Shown: positions 9,355-19,145 of the stretch, in pieces
Numbering within the stretch: position 1 is the first letter of the stretch
Layout of the letters: the number at the start of each line of letters is the position of its first letter
Virus record (IMG/VR): IMGVR_UViG_2654587674_000003
Strand: one strand, 5' to 3'
DNA from: a virus
Lineage: Duplodnaviria > Heunggongvirae > Uroviricota > Caudoviricetes
DNA length: 64,000 bases
Translations under genes and position numbers: made by a program
Notes under the pieces: generated by a model
What the model saw: the letters and a program-made list of their open reading frames with translations, nothing else
Database searches by the model: none
Told to the model about the DNA's origin: nothing

Positions 9355-10296
9355 TTAACTAACAATCCAGTCCATAGCAATAACATCCTCTGGAGCTAAA
9401 TCAATAGCATGGATTTTCCCGTCACGGATGGTGCGCCAGTGCTTTCGTGATCCACCTTCGGGCCACACCCATATACCTTCAGGCCAGGAAGAACGACGAC
9501 ACACTGTTGCGTATCCAGTCCTGATCTTCTCTCTGACGGTATGTAGTGACAGATTATCCTTTGGGCTTTCAGGCACAGGATGGTGGATTGCCTGAAACAT
9601 CCCCATCTTTGGATGATACCAGCGTTTATTGCGTGGTTCTGCCTCCGACATCACCTGCTTAAAGGCTTTCCGGAAGGGGGCCAGGGCCACAATGGAACGT
9701 CGCGCAAGCAAACCGTCGGGAGTTAAAAACTCATGCGTATCTGTGGGGATCCGGTAAGCGTTGACCAGGTTGCGGCATTTGGCTTCAGTCAGGCCGCATT
9801 TCGCCGCTAACTGGCGATAGCCAATGTAGCCTTCCGGAATATTGCCTTTCTTTATTTGCTCGACGGTTTCAGCGACTTTGGTCACTTGTGCCGATACTTC
9901 GGCTACCTGGGCATTAACGGCGTTGATCCGGCGTTCATGCTCAAGATGCATTTGCGCCATTTCAGCCAGAATTTCGGCTTTTGATTTTAACTGTACCCGG
10001 GCATTCTCCAGTTCGCGCCAGCGGTCCACCAGCCGGGCGGTGAATTCGGGAGAGAGCTGCGCGACGACGACAATACTATCGCGCTTGCCTTGCTCGCCTT
10101 CGAAGAAATAGGCTTTTGTGTATTTATTAGGGCTAAGTGATTGATTATTCTCAACTGTAGCCAATGGCGTATGTTGGATAACTCCTTTAGCAACAAGTCT
10201 TTCGATGCTGCGTTTAACATCAGAGTGACGACTTCCCACCAGTTCCGCGATCTCAATGCTGGTCATTGTCGCTTTTTGAGAGATGGACAGATTCAT
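9355..10296 (-). CDS. antirepressor-like protein (Rha/Ant-type N-domain), immI-like cassette 1
   Basis: 313 aa; N-terminal MTSIEIAELVGSRHSDVKRSIERL DNA-binding motif; ATG overlaps the stop of the upstream small ORF (TGATG); paralog at 49495..50202. Confidence 0.6.
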   Translation of the reverse strand: MNLSISQKATMTSIEIAELVGSRHSDVKRSIERLVAKGVIQHTPLATVENNQSLSPNKYTKAYFFEGEQGKRDSIVVVAQLSPEFTARLVDRWRELENARVQLKSKAEILAEMAQMHLEHERRINAVNAQVAEVSAQVTKVAETVEQIKKGNIPEGYIGYRQLAAKCGLTEAKCRNLVNAYRIPTDTHEFLTPDGLLARRSIVALAPFRKAFKQVMSEAEPRNKRWYHPKMGMFQAIHHPVPESPKDNLSLHTVREKIRTGYATVCRRSSWPEGIWVWPEGGSRKHWRTIRDGKIHAIDLAPEDVIAMDWIVS

Positions 10297-10511
10297 CAGT
10301 GCACCTCCACGCAGTTCATTGGCAGATTCCAGTAATTGAGGATCTCCATCGCATCAAGAGTGAAGCGAGCAGCAAAAATGCAGGGTTCTTCGGGAAGGTA
10401 TGAGCGCGCCTCTGCTTCGGTAGCAGCCATTACGCAGATATAAAGGTGTTTTTGGCAGGAATAGAAACGCCAGATAAATTCAGAATGAGTTGGGGTAGGG
10501 ATAGTAGCCAT
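10296..10511 (-). CDS. Icd-like small protein (candidate cell-division inhibitor), immI-like cassette 1
   Basis: 71 aa; shares EFIWRF.S.QKH...AATE.EARS motif with ORF 50202..50426; directly upstream of the ant-like gene. Confidence 0.45.
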   Translation of the reverse strand: MATIPTPTHSEFIWRFYSCQKHLYICVMAATEAEARSYLPEEPCIFAARFTLDAMEILNYWNLPMNCVEVH

Positions 10512-10696
10512 ATTGGCAGCCTCCTTTGACTAAGTTAAGGAGCTACCGCGTGAGGTTCCAATCTCAATGGCGGTAGCACTGACTGGGTTGGAACTACCGG
10601 CGTCAAAGGGAACCGGCCTGCCTTTCGGCAGCCCAGCCAGCACTACCATTGATCTCTGAGCTAAACGCTAAGTATGGCTGTGCGATGGCATGACAC

Positions 10697-10785
10697 AAAA
10701 AAAGACGCGTTCGGCGTCTGTGTCGCCTTTGACATTATCCGGGGTTCCAATCCCGGCACCCGTTTTTCTAAGGTGCCGTAGAAAT
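10697..10785 (-). ncRNA. candidate c4-like antisense regulatory RNA of cassette 1
   Basis: minus-strand promoter-like TTGCGC-N18-TATATT near 10793..10826, hairpin whose loop carries GGTTCCAATC, then hairpin plus U-run terminator (10697..10718); same 10-mer and a near-complement lie in the icd leader. Confidence 0.3.
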
Positions 10786-11313
10786 ATACCCCACGATAAT
10801 GCCATGGCGCAACAGTCAGTATTTTATGCTTTGGCGGATTTCTTCCGGGCTTGCTTGCAGGCGTAGGCCATTGCTTTAGCTTTCACTTCATCCAGCTTCC
10901 CGGTGATCACTTCTTTTCCGAGAGTGACAAACCAGTCATAGCAACCGCCAGTAATGTTCTTGATTTGAAAGTTGAGGTAGCGAACAGTCATTTTGACACC
11001 CCCAGCGCGAGTAAAGAATGCAGATTATCGCGTGAGTGGTGGACGACGAGTGATGGGAAAAGACTGTAGTTGTTCATAGTGTAGTGACTCCTTGCTTTCG
11101 GAGCCGCCATTGACTGTTCCACGGTCTGGTGGCGGCGCAATAAAGGCTGGAACACCGTGAGTCAACGGGGGCTTTTCAGCCACCTATATTGCACCGCCAT
11201 AGGTATAGCGGCGGCAATAATACGAAAAACTAAACAGTTTGTCTCAAAAAGTTGACCGGTGTGCCAATCGGTAGTGAATGTACATCGGGGAAATTTACAA
11301 TTCAACTTAAAAT

Positions 11314-11327
11314 GTTAGAAAACTAAT
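11314..11327. promoter_or_regulatory. TGTTAGAAAA box
   Basis: tgttagaaaactaa at the 3' end of ref. Confidence 0.3.
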
Positions 11328-11901
11328 TTATCAATTCAATCGCCATCTGATACAACGCCATTTCATCGGCATTGTGCCGTATGAAATCTGCTTTTCCGCC
11401 TATTTTTCCATCAGCATGAACAGGGACCAGCCAGGGATATTGTTCTCGGACCTCGGCTGGCGCTGCGTACTGGTGGTGCCATTTACACAAAGGGAGGACA
11501 TATTTATGCGCGTTCTCTGCCGTTCTCCCGAAGATATGGTGCAGGGATACTACTGGGCTATGTTGCCCGTGAATATGGCAGGCAATGCAGGGGAGAGTAC
11601 CGATAGCGGTCTGTATCCGGCGTTCATCGGCTGTGAGTGATCTGCCCTTCAGGCCGCGTGACGTGCGTGTTTTTTTGGGCGGAGCGGATACAGCTTTATC
11701 TTTTCTCCGCTGTTCATATTGCTTTGCTTTTTCAATTTTCTTTTGCCGATATTCAGGCGATGCGGCTTTTTCTCTCGCTCGCTGCTGCTGGCGTTGAGCT
11801 TGTTGAAGGCGCTTTGCCCTTTGTTCCTCTCGCCAGGCCGGGTCAGCCAATTTTTGCATGGCTTTTTGTCTCTGTTTCTCCCAATAACTCTGTTTCTGCA
11901 T
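11323..11901 (-). CDS. ref: Ref-like HNH endonuclease (recombination enhancement function)
   Basis: 192 aa; long basic Gln/Arg/Lys-rich N-terminus then HNH-type motif LPCIACHIHG..VSLHHIFGRTA..HKYVLPLCKWHHQYAAPAEVREQYPWLVPVHADG, the architecture I recall for P1 Ref. Confidence 0.7.
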   Translation of the reverse strand: MQKQSYWEKQRQKAMQKLADPAWREEQRAKRLQQAQRQQQRAREKAASPEYRQKKIEKAKQYEQRRKDKAVSAPPKKTRTSRGLKGRSLTADERRIQTAIGTLPCIACHIHGQHSPVVSLHHIFGRTAENAHKYVLPLCKWHHQYAAPAEVREQYPWLVPVHADGKIGGKADFIRHNADEMALYQMAIELIN

Positions 11902-11950
11902 GATGGCAGTCTCTTACTTTTCAACGATTTTTCTATGATTGATCAAAATG

Positions 11951-11982
11951 GTTAGATATTCAAAATTGATTTTCTAACATAA
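11951..11982. promoter_or_regulatory. TTTTCTAACA box pair upstream of ref
   Basis: gttaga-N16-tctaac inverted pair; about 60 nt upstream of the ref start codon. Confidence 0.4.
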
Positions 11983-12173
11983 AACATTAATATCATTCCT
12001 GATAACTGTTTGGAGGACATGATGCTTATAGCTTTAAGTGCGATCCACCAGCCATCTGTGAATGAGATTGGCCTGTTCTATGTGTTGGTTTTCGGGGCGT
12101 TGGCGCTACTTGAGCTTGGTATTGAGCTTTTCGCAGTGCTTATGTTTTGCGTCACGATTCTGGGGAAATTTTG

Positions 12174-12797
12174 ATGGTGAAACGTGTTTTGAAAATTTAC
12201 ATCGCGGGGCCGATGACTGGTTATCCAGATTACAACCGTGCGGCGTTTAATGCGAAAGCGAGCGAGCTGATGTCTGAAGGGCATATCGTTCTGAATCCAG
12301 CTGTGTTACCTGGTGGCCTTTGCCAGAGTGAATACATGGATATTTGCCTGGCAATGGTGCGTTCTGCTGATGCGATCTATCTGCTCAATCAATGGGAAGA
12401 ATCGGTTGGTGCTCGCGCAGAGCACGCGCTGGCTGAAAAGCTGGGGCTGACTGTAATTTATGAGTCACAAACCAACATTGAATGCCAGGTTGCTCCGCAT
12501 ATTTACCGTGAACTGGTAAATGCGTTACGTGATGTTGCTATTGAATGTCACGGCACGGATCAGCTTCGCGCCCGCTTAAGCAAAACCCTTTCCAGTTACC
12601 TGTCTTTGGCTGAAGGATACAACCTCCGGCAGCGGAGAATGGTCAAATTAATCACGCGTTTATCTCAATCCCTGGCAAATGCCGAACCAACTAATCCGCT
12701 ACCTAATGACGCAATGAATTACCTGAAGTCATGCGGCGTTGTTTCTGAAGATGCAGTTCGTTTTGTGGAGTTTATGTCTCAGAGGATGTCAGCGTGA
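12174..12797 (+). CDS. DUF4406-like (nucleoside 2-deoxyribosyltransferase-fold) protein
   Basis: ATG at 12174 with ggggaa RBS; N-domain KIYIAGPMTGYPDYNRAAF...IVLNP; C-terminal 35-aa motif shared with ORF 20740..22356. Confidence 0.45.
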   Translation: MVKRVLKIYIAGPMTGYPDYNRAAFNAKASELMSEGHIVLNPAVLPGGLCQSEYMDICLAMVRSADAIYLLNQWEESVGARAEHALAEKLGLTVIYESQTNIECQVAPHIYRELVNALRDVAIECHGTDQLRARLSKTLSSYLSLAEGYNLRQRRMVKLITRLSQSLANAEPTNPLPNDAMNYLKSCGVVSEDAVRFVEFMSQRMSA

Positions 12798-13111
12798 GCT
12801 GGCGGGGATGGGGAAGGGCGGAAATCATGATACTCCGCCAGTGCGCCGGGACTATGACAGTCGTGAGTATTGGGAGGCTGATCGGGCGTACCGGTAGTGC
12901 TGTCAGAACCAAAGCGCGGCAACTGCGGATCTGCATGATTCTGAAAGGAGACTTTCACCCGTCAGCCAAATACCGGCAGGGCGATATAGAACTGGCACGG
13001 CAGCTTCATCGGTGTGGTGTTCCCCGCCGTGAGATCGCAGAAAAACTCGAAATGCCCTTGAGCATGATTAATCAGTACGTTTATTTCGAAAGGAGAGTAC
13101 ATGAAGTCTGA
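12794..13111 (+). CDS. hypothetical protein
   Basis: 105-aa ORF, overlapping stop and start with both neighbours. Confidence 0.35.
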   Translation: MSWRGWGRAEIMILRQCAGTMTVVSIGRLIGRTGSAVRTKARQLRICMILKGDFHPSAKYRQGDIELARQLHRCGVPRREIAEKLEMPLSMINQYVYFERRVHEV

Positions 13112-13604
13112 AGGTTTAACGCCAGCACAACTGGCAGAGCGTAACGCTGAGTATGTAACGGAAATTTCCCGACTTGAGAAAGAACGCTCGGCGCTGGCGG
13201 CGGAGAATGAACTGGCTCGTAAGGCAGTTCAGGCATTCTGCGATGTTGTTGGCGACAACACCGAGGTTATCGCTGAGGAGGTTGGGCGAGATGGCGTTCT
13301 GGTTATTTTGGAGGCCATGAAGGCAACAGGAAATATGCCAGCCACCGATGCTTTCCTGGCTGAAATTCGTGCGGAGGCTCGCAACGAGGGGATTAACTAT
13401 ACCGCAAGCCGTCTTGCTGCTGCTTTCAACCACGGATTTATCAATAAGTCTTTACGTGAAGTTTTCGACGTTACACGCATGATTCTGTCAGCGAAAGAAG
13501 AGTTGGCTAATGAACCGCACCCGATTGATGGCCTGTCCGGTGAATATGCGGAGAAATCCCTTGAAGAATGGGCGGAACAGATTCGCAAAGGAGCTGACAA
13601 GTGA
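13101..13604 (+). CDS. coiled-coil protein, paralog family member 1 (Ead/Ea22-like)
   Basis: 167 aa; ALAAENELARK coiled coil and PATDAFLAEIRAEAR motif; C-terminal EQIRKGADK; four paralogs downstream. Confidence 0.5.
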   Translation: MKSEGLTPAQLAERNAEYVTEISRLEKERSALAAENELARKAVQAFCDVVGDNTEVIAEEVGRDGVLVILEAMKATGNMPATDAFLAEIRAEARNEGINYTASRLAAAFNHGFINKSLREVFDVTRMILSAKEELANEPHPIDGLSGEYAEKSLEEWAEQIRKGADK

Positions 13605-14011
13605 AGAAGATGATTTTTGTCGCGGCATTGTTGGTGAATATCCAACAAGTGCATGCTTCAGCAGCTATTGTAGCCTCTACCGCCGCGACTACGGCTGCTG
13701 TAGCTGCTGCGAACTCTGCGAATATCGCAAACCAACAGGCACAGCGTGCTGCTAATGCATCAGCCAGCGTTCACTCAATCACCATTAAGAGCAGTAAGCA
13801 AAATCTGGGATTCATAACGTGCGGCACGCGTTCTAATGAAGCTGTAGGTTCACTTGGATGTACGGTATATGGGGGTAGTGAGAATAGAGAAATTCCATGG
13901 AAAACGTGGCCCGGATACGTTCTTGGCTCGAAGCTCCCGGCCAGTTATGAAGTAAACGCCGTATCGTTTGATCACTATAACGGCGTGGCAACGGTCTATT
14001 TTGCATATTGA
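13601..14011 (+). CDS. exported Ala-rich protein, function unknown
   Basis: 136 aa with signal peptide MKKMIFVAALLVNIQQVHA. Confidence 0.4.
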   Translation: MKKMIFVAALLVNIQQVHASAAIVASTAATTAAVAAANSANIANQQAQRAANASASVHSITIKSSKQNLGFITCGTRSNEAVGSLGCTVYGGSENREIPWKTWPGYVLGSKLPASYEVNAVSFDHYNGVATVYFAY

Positions 14012-14805
14012 GGCTCCGCATGAAATTCTCCAAATTTTCTGAGTTGGTGAATCGTATTTTGTCCAACAACCACAGCCATCGTCGCGATATGGATGTAACG
14101 ATCGTTGTTCATTCGCCTGGCAGCATTGGTTCAACACCCTCAGTTGAGGTTCAGTCAATTCACGCTGGTTTTGATTGGGATTCCGGGAAAGTGCTGATTT
14201 TCCCAGCACAGCCACTGACCACGCTAACACCAGAACAGATTACTGATATTACTGATAGTGTGCGCAAAGGTCAGTCCTGGCACGCATATCAGGAATACAA
14301 GAAGCATAAAGAGCAGTTGGAAAAATTATCGATTGAACTTGATACCGCAAAACAGCGCATTGCAGAGCTGGAGGGTAATCGCGCGGCGCTGGCTGCGGAG
14401 AATGCGAGACTGAAGGCGATATGTGAGGATCGCCGCACGTTCATTATGAATGGCGTGCAGCTTGGTTTTATCAAGGTGCCAACAGTGGAAATAGATCCAG
14501 CTCTTGAAACAATTCGTATCGCCCTATCACCACAAAAAACCACTCCTGCGACCGACACTTTCCTAGATGAAGTGAAGACTGAAGCACGCAAGGAGGGCGC
14601 TTACTTTGTGGCGAATAGAATGCTGGCTGCCTGGGAAGCTGGTTTTATTGATGATACTGCGAAGAACGCCGCGGATATTGCCCGGATGATTCTTACCTCT
14701 ACTGAGTTTATGGCTAATGCGCGGGAAGGCGATTTTGACCGCTCATTCTCTGATGGTGTTCTCGAAGATATCGCTGAACAGCTTCGCAAAGGAGGCAGCC
14801 AGTGA
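14008..14805 (+). CDS. coiled-coil protein, paralog family member 2
   Basis: 265 aa; LEGNRAALAAENARLK, ATDTFLDEVKTEARKEG, C-terminal EQLRKGGSQ. Confidence 0.5.
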   Translation: MRLRMKFSKFSELVNRILSNNHSHRRDMDVTIVVHSPGSIGSTPSVEVQSIHAGFDWDSGKVLIFPAQPLTTLTPEQITDITDSVRKGQSWHAYQEYKKHKEQLEKLSIELDTAKQRIAELEGNRAALAAENARLKAICEDRRTFIMNGVQLGFIKVPTVEIDPALETIRIALSPQKTTPATDTFLDEVKTEARKEGAYFVANRMLAAWEAGFIDDTAKNAADIARMILTSTEFMANAREGDFDRSFSDGVLEDIAEQLRKGGSQ

Positions 14806-15443
14806 GCGAGCTTTACTATCAGACGTTACGTGAACGTTTTTCACCGAAACCAGCGCCTAAATGCTCTGTTTGTGGCGAGGAAATGTCAATGCAGCGCATA
14901 TCTGGATCACATGTTGTTTATGCCTGTTCCGGCATGGAGGACGACGGATGCTTCAAAACTGGACGAACTTATGCTGACGAGCATTACAAAAAATCGCGCA
15001 TAACAGTAGTTGATGATAGCGATCCTGATGTGATTGAACTGCTGGAAGAGAACATGGAGATGGCTCTAACGCTTGAGAAGCTGCGTGTTGAGCTGGAGGC
15101 TGCTAAACAGCGTATTGCCGAATATGAAAGCAATTGCGGGGCGATGGTGGCGGAATGCCAAAGCAAAAAAGCAGCTCTTGAGGCAATTCTTAGCCATTGC
15201 CCAATTAATCATCCAGATATAGACATCGCATGTATAGCGAACATCGCTCATAACGAATTAGGCGGGGCGAAAAGCACTACATCTAAGGCATACCTTGTAG
15301 AAATACAGGCACAAGGGGTGGAGGCATTCGCTTTGACGATGCGCGATACCGGAGATGATCCATTTTTTGATTCCGTTGCTTCTGCTTGCGCGGATGCAGC
15401 TGATAGGTTCGCTGCCCAGCTTCGAAAAGGAGGCAAACAGTGA
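14802..15443 (+). CDS. coiled-coil protein, paralog family member 3
   Basis: 213 aa; N-terminal CSVCGEE Cys pair; C-terminal AAQLRKGGKQ with embedded aaggagg SD for the next gene. Confidence 0.5.
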   Translation: MSELYYQTLRERFSPKPAPKCSVCGEEMSMQRISGSHVVYACSGMEDDGCFKTGRTYADEHYKKSRITVVDDSDPDVIELLEENMEMALTLEKLRVELEAAKQRIAEYESNCGAMVAECQSKKAALEAILSHCPINHPDIDIACIANIAHNELGGAKSTTSKAYLVEIQAQGVEAFALTMRDTGDDPFFDSVASACADAADRFAAQLRKGGKQ

Positions 15444-15688
15444 GTAATACCGCACGACTACAGCTTGGTTTTTTACCGCTATCAAAAACCATCGTGTTGG
15501 CAAAAATGCGTGACTTAGGGGATGGAACAAAACGTCGTGTCGGCAATGATCGCGGTCGTGATGTAACCAACGAGGCCGCACAACTCGTTTGGCATCTAGT
15601 CATGGCTGAAGGCGGTGAAATTAATTGGGAGCTGGATGATGGTTCTCGCATGGTATTAAAGGCAGAAAAGCAGGAGCCACCACAGTGA
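15440..15688 (+). CDS. hypothetical protein
   Basis: 82-aa ORF, overlapping stop/start. Confidence 0.3.
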   Translation: MSNTARLQLGFLPLSKTIVLAKMRDLGDGTKRRVGNDRGRDVTNEAAQLVWHLVMAEGGEINWELDDGSRMVLKAEKQEPPQ

Positions 15689-15978
15689 ATATCGACACCA
15701 CGATAACGATTGATACGGCCCTAAATACCGGTCTGGCACTTCTCGGTTGGCTTTACATCATGTCCAGTACATGGCGATGGCTGGGTTCCATTTTCCTGAA
15801 ACAGTGGAAAAAACGGCGCAAACAGGAATTACGCCAGAAGGCATTAGAAGCGTTCTATGACGCATTTGAACTTAGCCGCATTGAACCAGGCACAACAGCC
15901 AGGATAGCGACAAAAGGCGACCTGATGATAGTGATGTTCCGACAGGAGAAAGCAAATGGCAGCAAAGCGAATGACTAA
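15685..15978 (+). CDS. hypothetical membrane-associated protein
   Basis: 97-aa ORF with hydrophobic N-terminus. Confidence 0.3.
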   Translation: MNIDTTITIDTALNTGLALLGWLYIMSSTWRWLGSIFLKQWKKRRKQELRQKALEAFYDAFELSRIEPGTTARIATKGDLMIVMFRQEKANGSKAND

Positions 15979-16180
15979 TCGCGAACTTGTTGATGCCGCG
16001 ATTGAACTTGCTGGCGATTTTTATTCCATGATGGGGTACACGCATCGCCCCGGCTTCAAATATTGGGAGTCTCCGCACCCGCAAGAGCAACGGGTATTTC
16101 AAATGGCCTGTCGCGCTTTTGAAGTTATTCGCGGTTCTGATGTGATGGACGCGGTTGCTGATTTGGAGGATGAAGAGTGA
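15956..16180 (+). CDS. hypothetical protein
   Basis: 74-aa ORF. Confidence 0.3.
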   Translation: MAAKRMTNRELVDAAIELAGDFYSMMGYTHRPGFKYWESPHPQEQRVFQMACRAFEVIRGSDVMDAVADLEDEE

Positions 16181-16488
16181 ACACAATTAAAGAAATGCCG
16201 GTAGAACGTGATGAATATGGCTGCTGGACACATCCGGAGTATGAAAAGTTTTGCGCAGGTCGTGAATATATATCCACTGAGGAATTTGACGCCTGGATGA
16301 AGGAAAATAATCTTCAGTGGACTATTCGCAGTATGGATGAAGATGATTTTGGTCTGGACGCAGCTGGTCCCGATATTGCCGCCTGGGAACCGGAGCGACC
16401 AGAGGGTGAAGGCTGGTTTGTTGGCTCTATTCATGACACTGAAGATGGTCCGGTTTGTATCTGGCTGCGGGAGAAGGTTGCCGCATGA
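16177..16488 (+). CDS. hypothetical protein
   Basis: 103-aa ORF, ATGA overlap with ppp. Confidence 0.35.
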   Translation: MNTIKEMPVERDEYGCWTHPEYEKFCAGREYISTEEFDAWMKENNLQWTIRSMDEDDFGLDAAGPDIAAWEPERPEGEGWFVGSIHDTEDGPVCIWLREKVAA

Positions 16489-17177
16489 TCCAGGCTATGC
16501 ATGAAATGAATTTATATAGCCGTATTGATGGTTCTGGCTACAGAAACATATGGGTTGTTGGTGATCTGCATGGTTGCTACACCAGACTGATGTCCGAACT
16601 CCATCGTGTGGATTTTGACCCGACGCAGGATTTACTGATATCGGTTGGCGACCTTATCGATCGCGGTACTGAAAATGTCGAATGTCTGGAACTATTGCAG
16701 ATGCCCTGGTTCAGGGCAGTAATGGGGAACCATGAGCGGTTGATGCTTGATGCGTTAAGTCCTGATGGCAACGTGAATAACTGGCTAATGAATGGCGGAC
16801 AATGGTTCTTCATGCTGGACACTGATCAGGAAATATTAGCCAAGGCGCTGGTGGAGCTGGTAAAGCGTCTGCCATATATCATTGAGTTGAACACCGGGCA
16901 TGAAACTATCGTTATAGCCCATGCCGACTATCCAGGTGGAGAGTACCAGTTCGGTAAGGATGTGTCGTTTTTTGATGTTGTCTGGTCGCGCAGTCGCGTC
17001 GGTGATTCGATAGATGGCATTGGTGGAGAAATCACAGGCGCAGATCGCTTTATCTTTGGGCACACACCGGTACGAAGACCAAAAGCATACTGGAATCAGC
17101 ACTACATAGACACGGGCGCGGTTTTTTGCGGAAATCTGACGCTAATGCAGGTGAAGGGAGGGCAGCTTAAAGTCTGA
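16485..17177 (+). CDS. ppp: Ser/Thr protein phosphatase (lambda PPase-like metallophosphoesterase)
   Basis: motifs [20 protein letters not shown]; ATG at 16485 overlapping upstream stop. Confidence 0.75.
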   Translation: MIQAMHEMNLYSRIDGSGYRNIWVVGDLHGCYTRLMSELHRVDFDPTQDLLISVGDLIDRGTENVECLELLQMPWFRAVMGNHERLMLDALSPDGNVNNWLMNGGQWFFMLDTDQEILAKALVELVKRLPYIIELNTGHETIVIAHADYPGGEYQFGKDVSFFDVVWSRSRVGDSIDGIGGEITGADRFIFGHTPVRRPKAYWNQHYIDTGAVFCGNLTLMQVKGGQLKV

Positions 17178-17203
17178 TCAAATCATTTACGCACTCAAAA
17201 TGC

Positions 17204-17233
17204 GTTAGAACATTGATTTTAGTTTTCTAACAT
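17204..17233. promoter_or_regulatory. TTTTCTAACA box pair followed by TATTAT
   Basis: gttagaa-N13-ttttctaaca-tattat, about 45 nt upstream of ORF 17275. Confidence 0.4.
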
Positions 17234-17274
17234 ATTATTTTACCGCTCGGAACAAAACAGAGTCGGTATACATT

Positions 17275-18270
17275 ATGAGTGCAATAATCACACCTCATTT
17301 CGTGAACGGAGCTGGTGTGGCTGTCTTTCCGGTAGACAAGCCCACCAGTAACTACATTGGCGCAGGCCGCCGTTTCATTATCTCCCCACTTCCGCGTGAA
17401 CAGGCTGAAAACACGCCAGATGGCGTAGTGGATCTGAACTATTCGCTGGTTGCCAACCAGTCTCTGAAACCGTTTTTTCAAAGCGAGCGCGTATTTAACG
17501 CGTTGGGCGGTGAAGATTCGCTTGTTCATTGGGTAAGTTCCAATATCCACGATTGCCAGGCGCACGATAAGCGCGATTGCAGCCACCAGCTAACCACTCA
17601 TTTCTATAACGGCTCTGCCGTTCGCCTGTGCTGGAAGCATGATGCGGAATACATGATGAAGGGGTACAGCAAGCTGGACGACCAGTTATCCCTGAATCGT
17701 GCCAACTGGGTTATGAACTGGGCTGCGAGCGAGTTAAAACTACCGCCAGAACGCGATCTGAGCATGGTTGAACTCACTTTTTGGGCCATTCGCCGGAATC
17801 TGAAAGATGAGCTGCCAGATGAAGCCGGTCGCATTGCATTTTGTCAGCCAAAAACTGAAATCCCTACCGGTACGCTGAAAGAATCAGATATCACCTGGGA
17901 GCACAGTACCCGCGAGCTGGTGGACATAACCGCAGAGCAGATCGTCAACCTGTCTGTAGATGAGGATTCCGGCCTGCTTTATATGCGCCGACCAAAAGCG
18001 GTCCTCGGTAAAAGCCCGGCTTATCTCCGGTTTGTGGTTTCTCGTCCGTGCATCGGATGCGGTGGCAAAGTTAACCACCCGTTCATGTACCGCGCCCGCT
18101 CGTTAAACGAACACGACCGCTGGGCTGTTCCTCTTTGCGATGACTGCGCCAGAAGCGCAGAAAACGATGTCCGGGCATGGGAAAAAGCACATGGCATACG
18201 CCTTTACGTAGCCGCTAACCAGCTTTTTGACTTCGCCATCGAGCGCGGAGTGATCACTTTCAATAACTGA
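17275..18270 (+). CDS. hypothetical protein with C-terminal Cys cluster
   Basis: 331 aa; CIGCGG...CDDC motif. Confidence 0.45.
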   Translation: MSAIITPHFVNGAGVAVFPVDKPTSNYIGAGRRFIISPLPREQAENTPDGVVDLNYSLVANQSLKPFFQSERVFNALGGEDSLVHWVSSNIHDCQAHDKRDCSHQLTTHFYNGSAVRLCWKHDAEYMMKGYSKLDDQLSLNRANWVMNWAASELKLPPERDLSMVELTFWAIRRNLKDELPDEAGRIAFCQPKTEIPTGTLKESDITWEHSTRELVDITAEQIVNLSVDEDSGLLYMRRPKAVLGKSPAYLRFVVSRPCIGCGGKVNHPFMYRARSLNEHDRWAVPLCDDCARSAENDVRAWEKAHGIRLYVAANQLFDFAIERGVITFNN

Positions 18271-18274
18271 TGAG

Positions 18275-18976
18275 GTGGATCAAAAAATGAAAGAACGCGG
18301 GATGATTTTTAACGATGAGATGGTCAGGGCCATCCTCGAAGGAAGGAAGACGCAGACTCGCCGACCTGTAAAAAATGTCAGGGCCGATAACTGCCTGGTT
18401 ATCCGTAAACCGACAAAGAAACGCAATGGTATCTATACCCACGTTATGGATGCACCTGAACATGGTTTATGCCCGTTCGGTAACGTTGGTGATCGCATAT
18501 GGGTCCGTGAGGCGTGGGCGATATTAGGCAATGAGGATGGTTGCAGTGTGGACTGGAACGACAACCTTTGTCGTGGCGATGAGAAGAACGCAGCAAGGAT
18601 TTATCGGGCCAGTTGTGAGCAAAAGCCGGGTGATTACGGCTTGTGGTCGATACCCGATGATGCCGACTGGAAACCTCACACTGTGAATGAAAAATTTGAT
18701 GGCGGGTGGTGTCCATCAATTCACATGCCGCGCTGGGCATCGCGCATTCTTCTGGAAATTACCAACGTGCGCGTTGAGCGGTTGAACGATATCAGCGAAT
18801 GCGATGCAAGGGCTGAGGGCGCACCAACAGAATCGACCCTCATTGGCGATAAGCATTACCCAAGTTTCCGTAGCCTATGGAAATCAATTTATGGCGAAGA
18901 TAGTTGGAACGCTAATCCTTGGGTGTGGGTAATCGAGTTTAAGCGTATTCAGGGGGCAACCAGTGAGCAAAATTAA
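18275..18976 (+). CDS. hypothetical phage protein
   Basis: 233 aa; N-terminal MIFNDEMVRAILEGRKTQTRR. Confidence 0.4.
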   Translation: MDQKMKERGMIFNDEMVRAILEGRKTQTRRPVKNVRADNCLVIRKPTKKRNGIYTHVMDAPEHGLCPFGNVGDRIWVREAWAILGNEDGCSVDWNDNLCRGDEKNAARIYRASCEQKPGDYGLWSIPDDADWKPHTVNEKFDGGWCPSIHMPRWASRILLEITNVRVERLNDISECDARAEGAPTESTLIGDKHYPSFRSLWKSIYGEDSWNANPWVWVIEFKRIQGATSEQN

Positions 18977-19145
18977 CTATCAAGAACTGCGCGAGGCGGC
19001 GGAACAGGCAACGCAAGATGAATGGGTAGCATATATTTTGCCGGTCATAACGGCATTTATCCTGCGCGCACGTCTGAGGGTAGGCATTGCGGATACTTTA
19101 TTGACTGGCCTGGCGTCTGTCAGGGGCGGGAGAGCATCAGCATGA
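18963..19145 (+). CDS. small ORF with paralog-family N-terminus
   Basis: 60 aa, alternative start; MSKINYQELRE matches the N-terminus of ORF 19552; ATGA overlap with next gene. Confidence 0.3.
   Translation: MSKINYQELREAAEQATQDEWVAYILPVITAFILRARLRVGIADTLLTGLASVRGGRASA

Noticed and set aside
10741-10760. Hairpin ccggggttccaatcccgg as a plus-strand tRNA T-arm
   Set aside because: No acceptor stem, D-arm or anticodon arm around it; better explained as the loop-bearing hairpin of the candidate minus-strand antisense RNA.
17227-17586. 119-aa minus-strand ORF overlapping the start of ORF 17275..18270
   Set aside because: Antisense to a longer, better-supported ORF and overlaps its promoter and box region.
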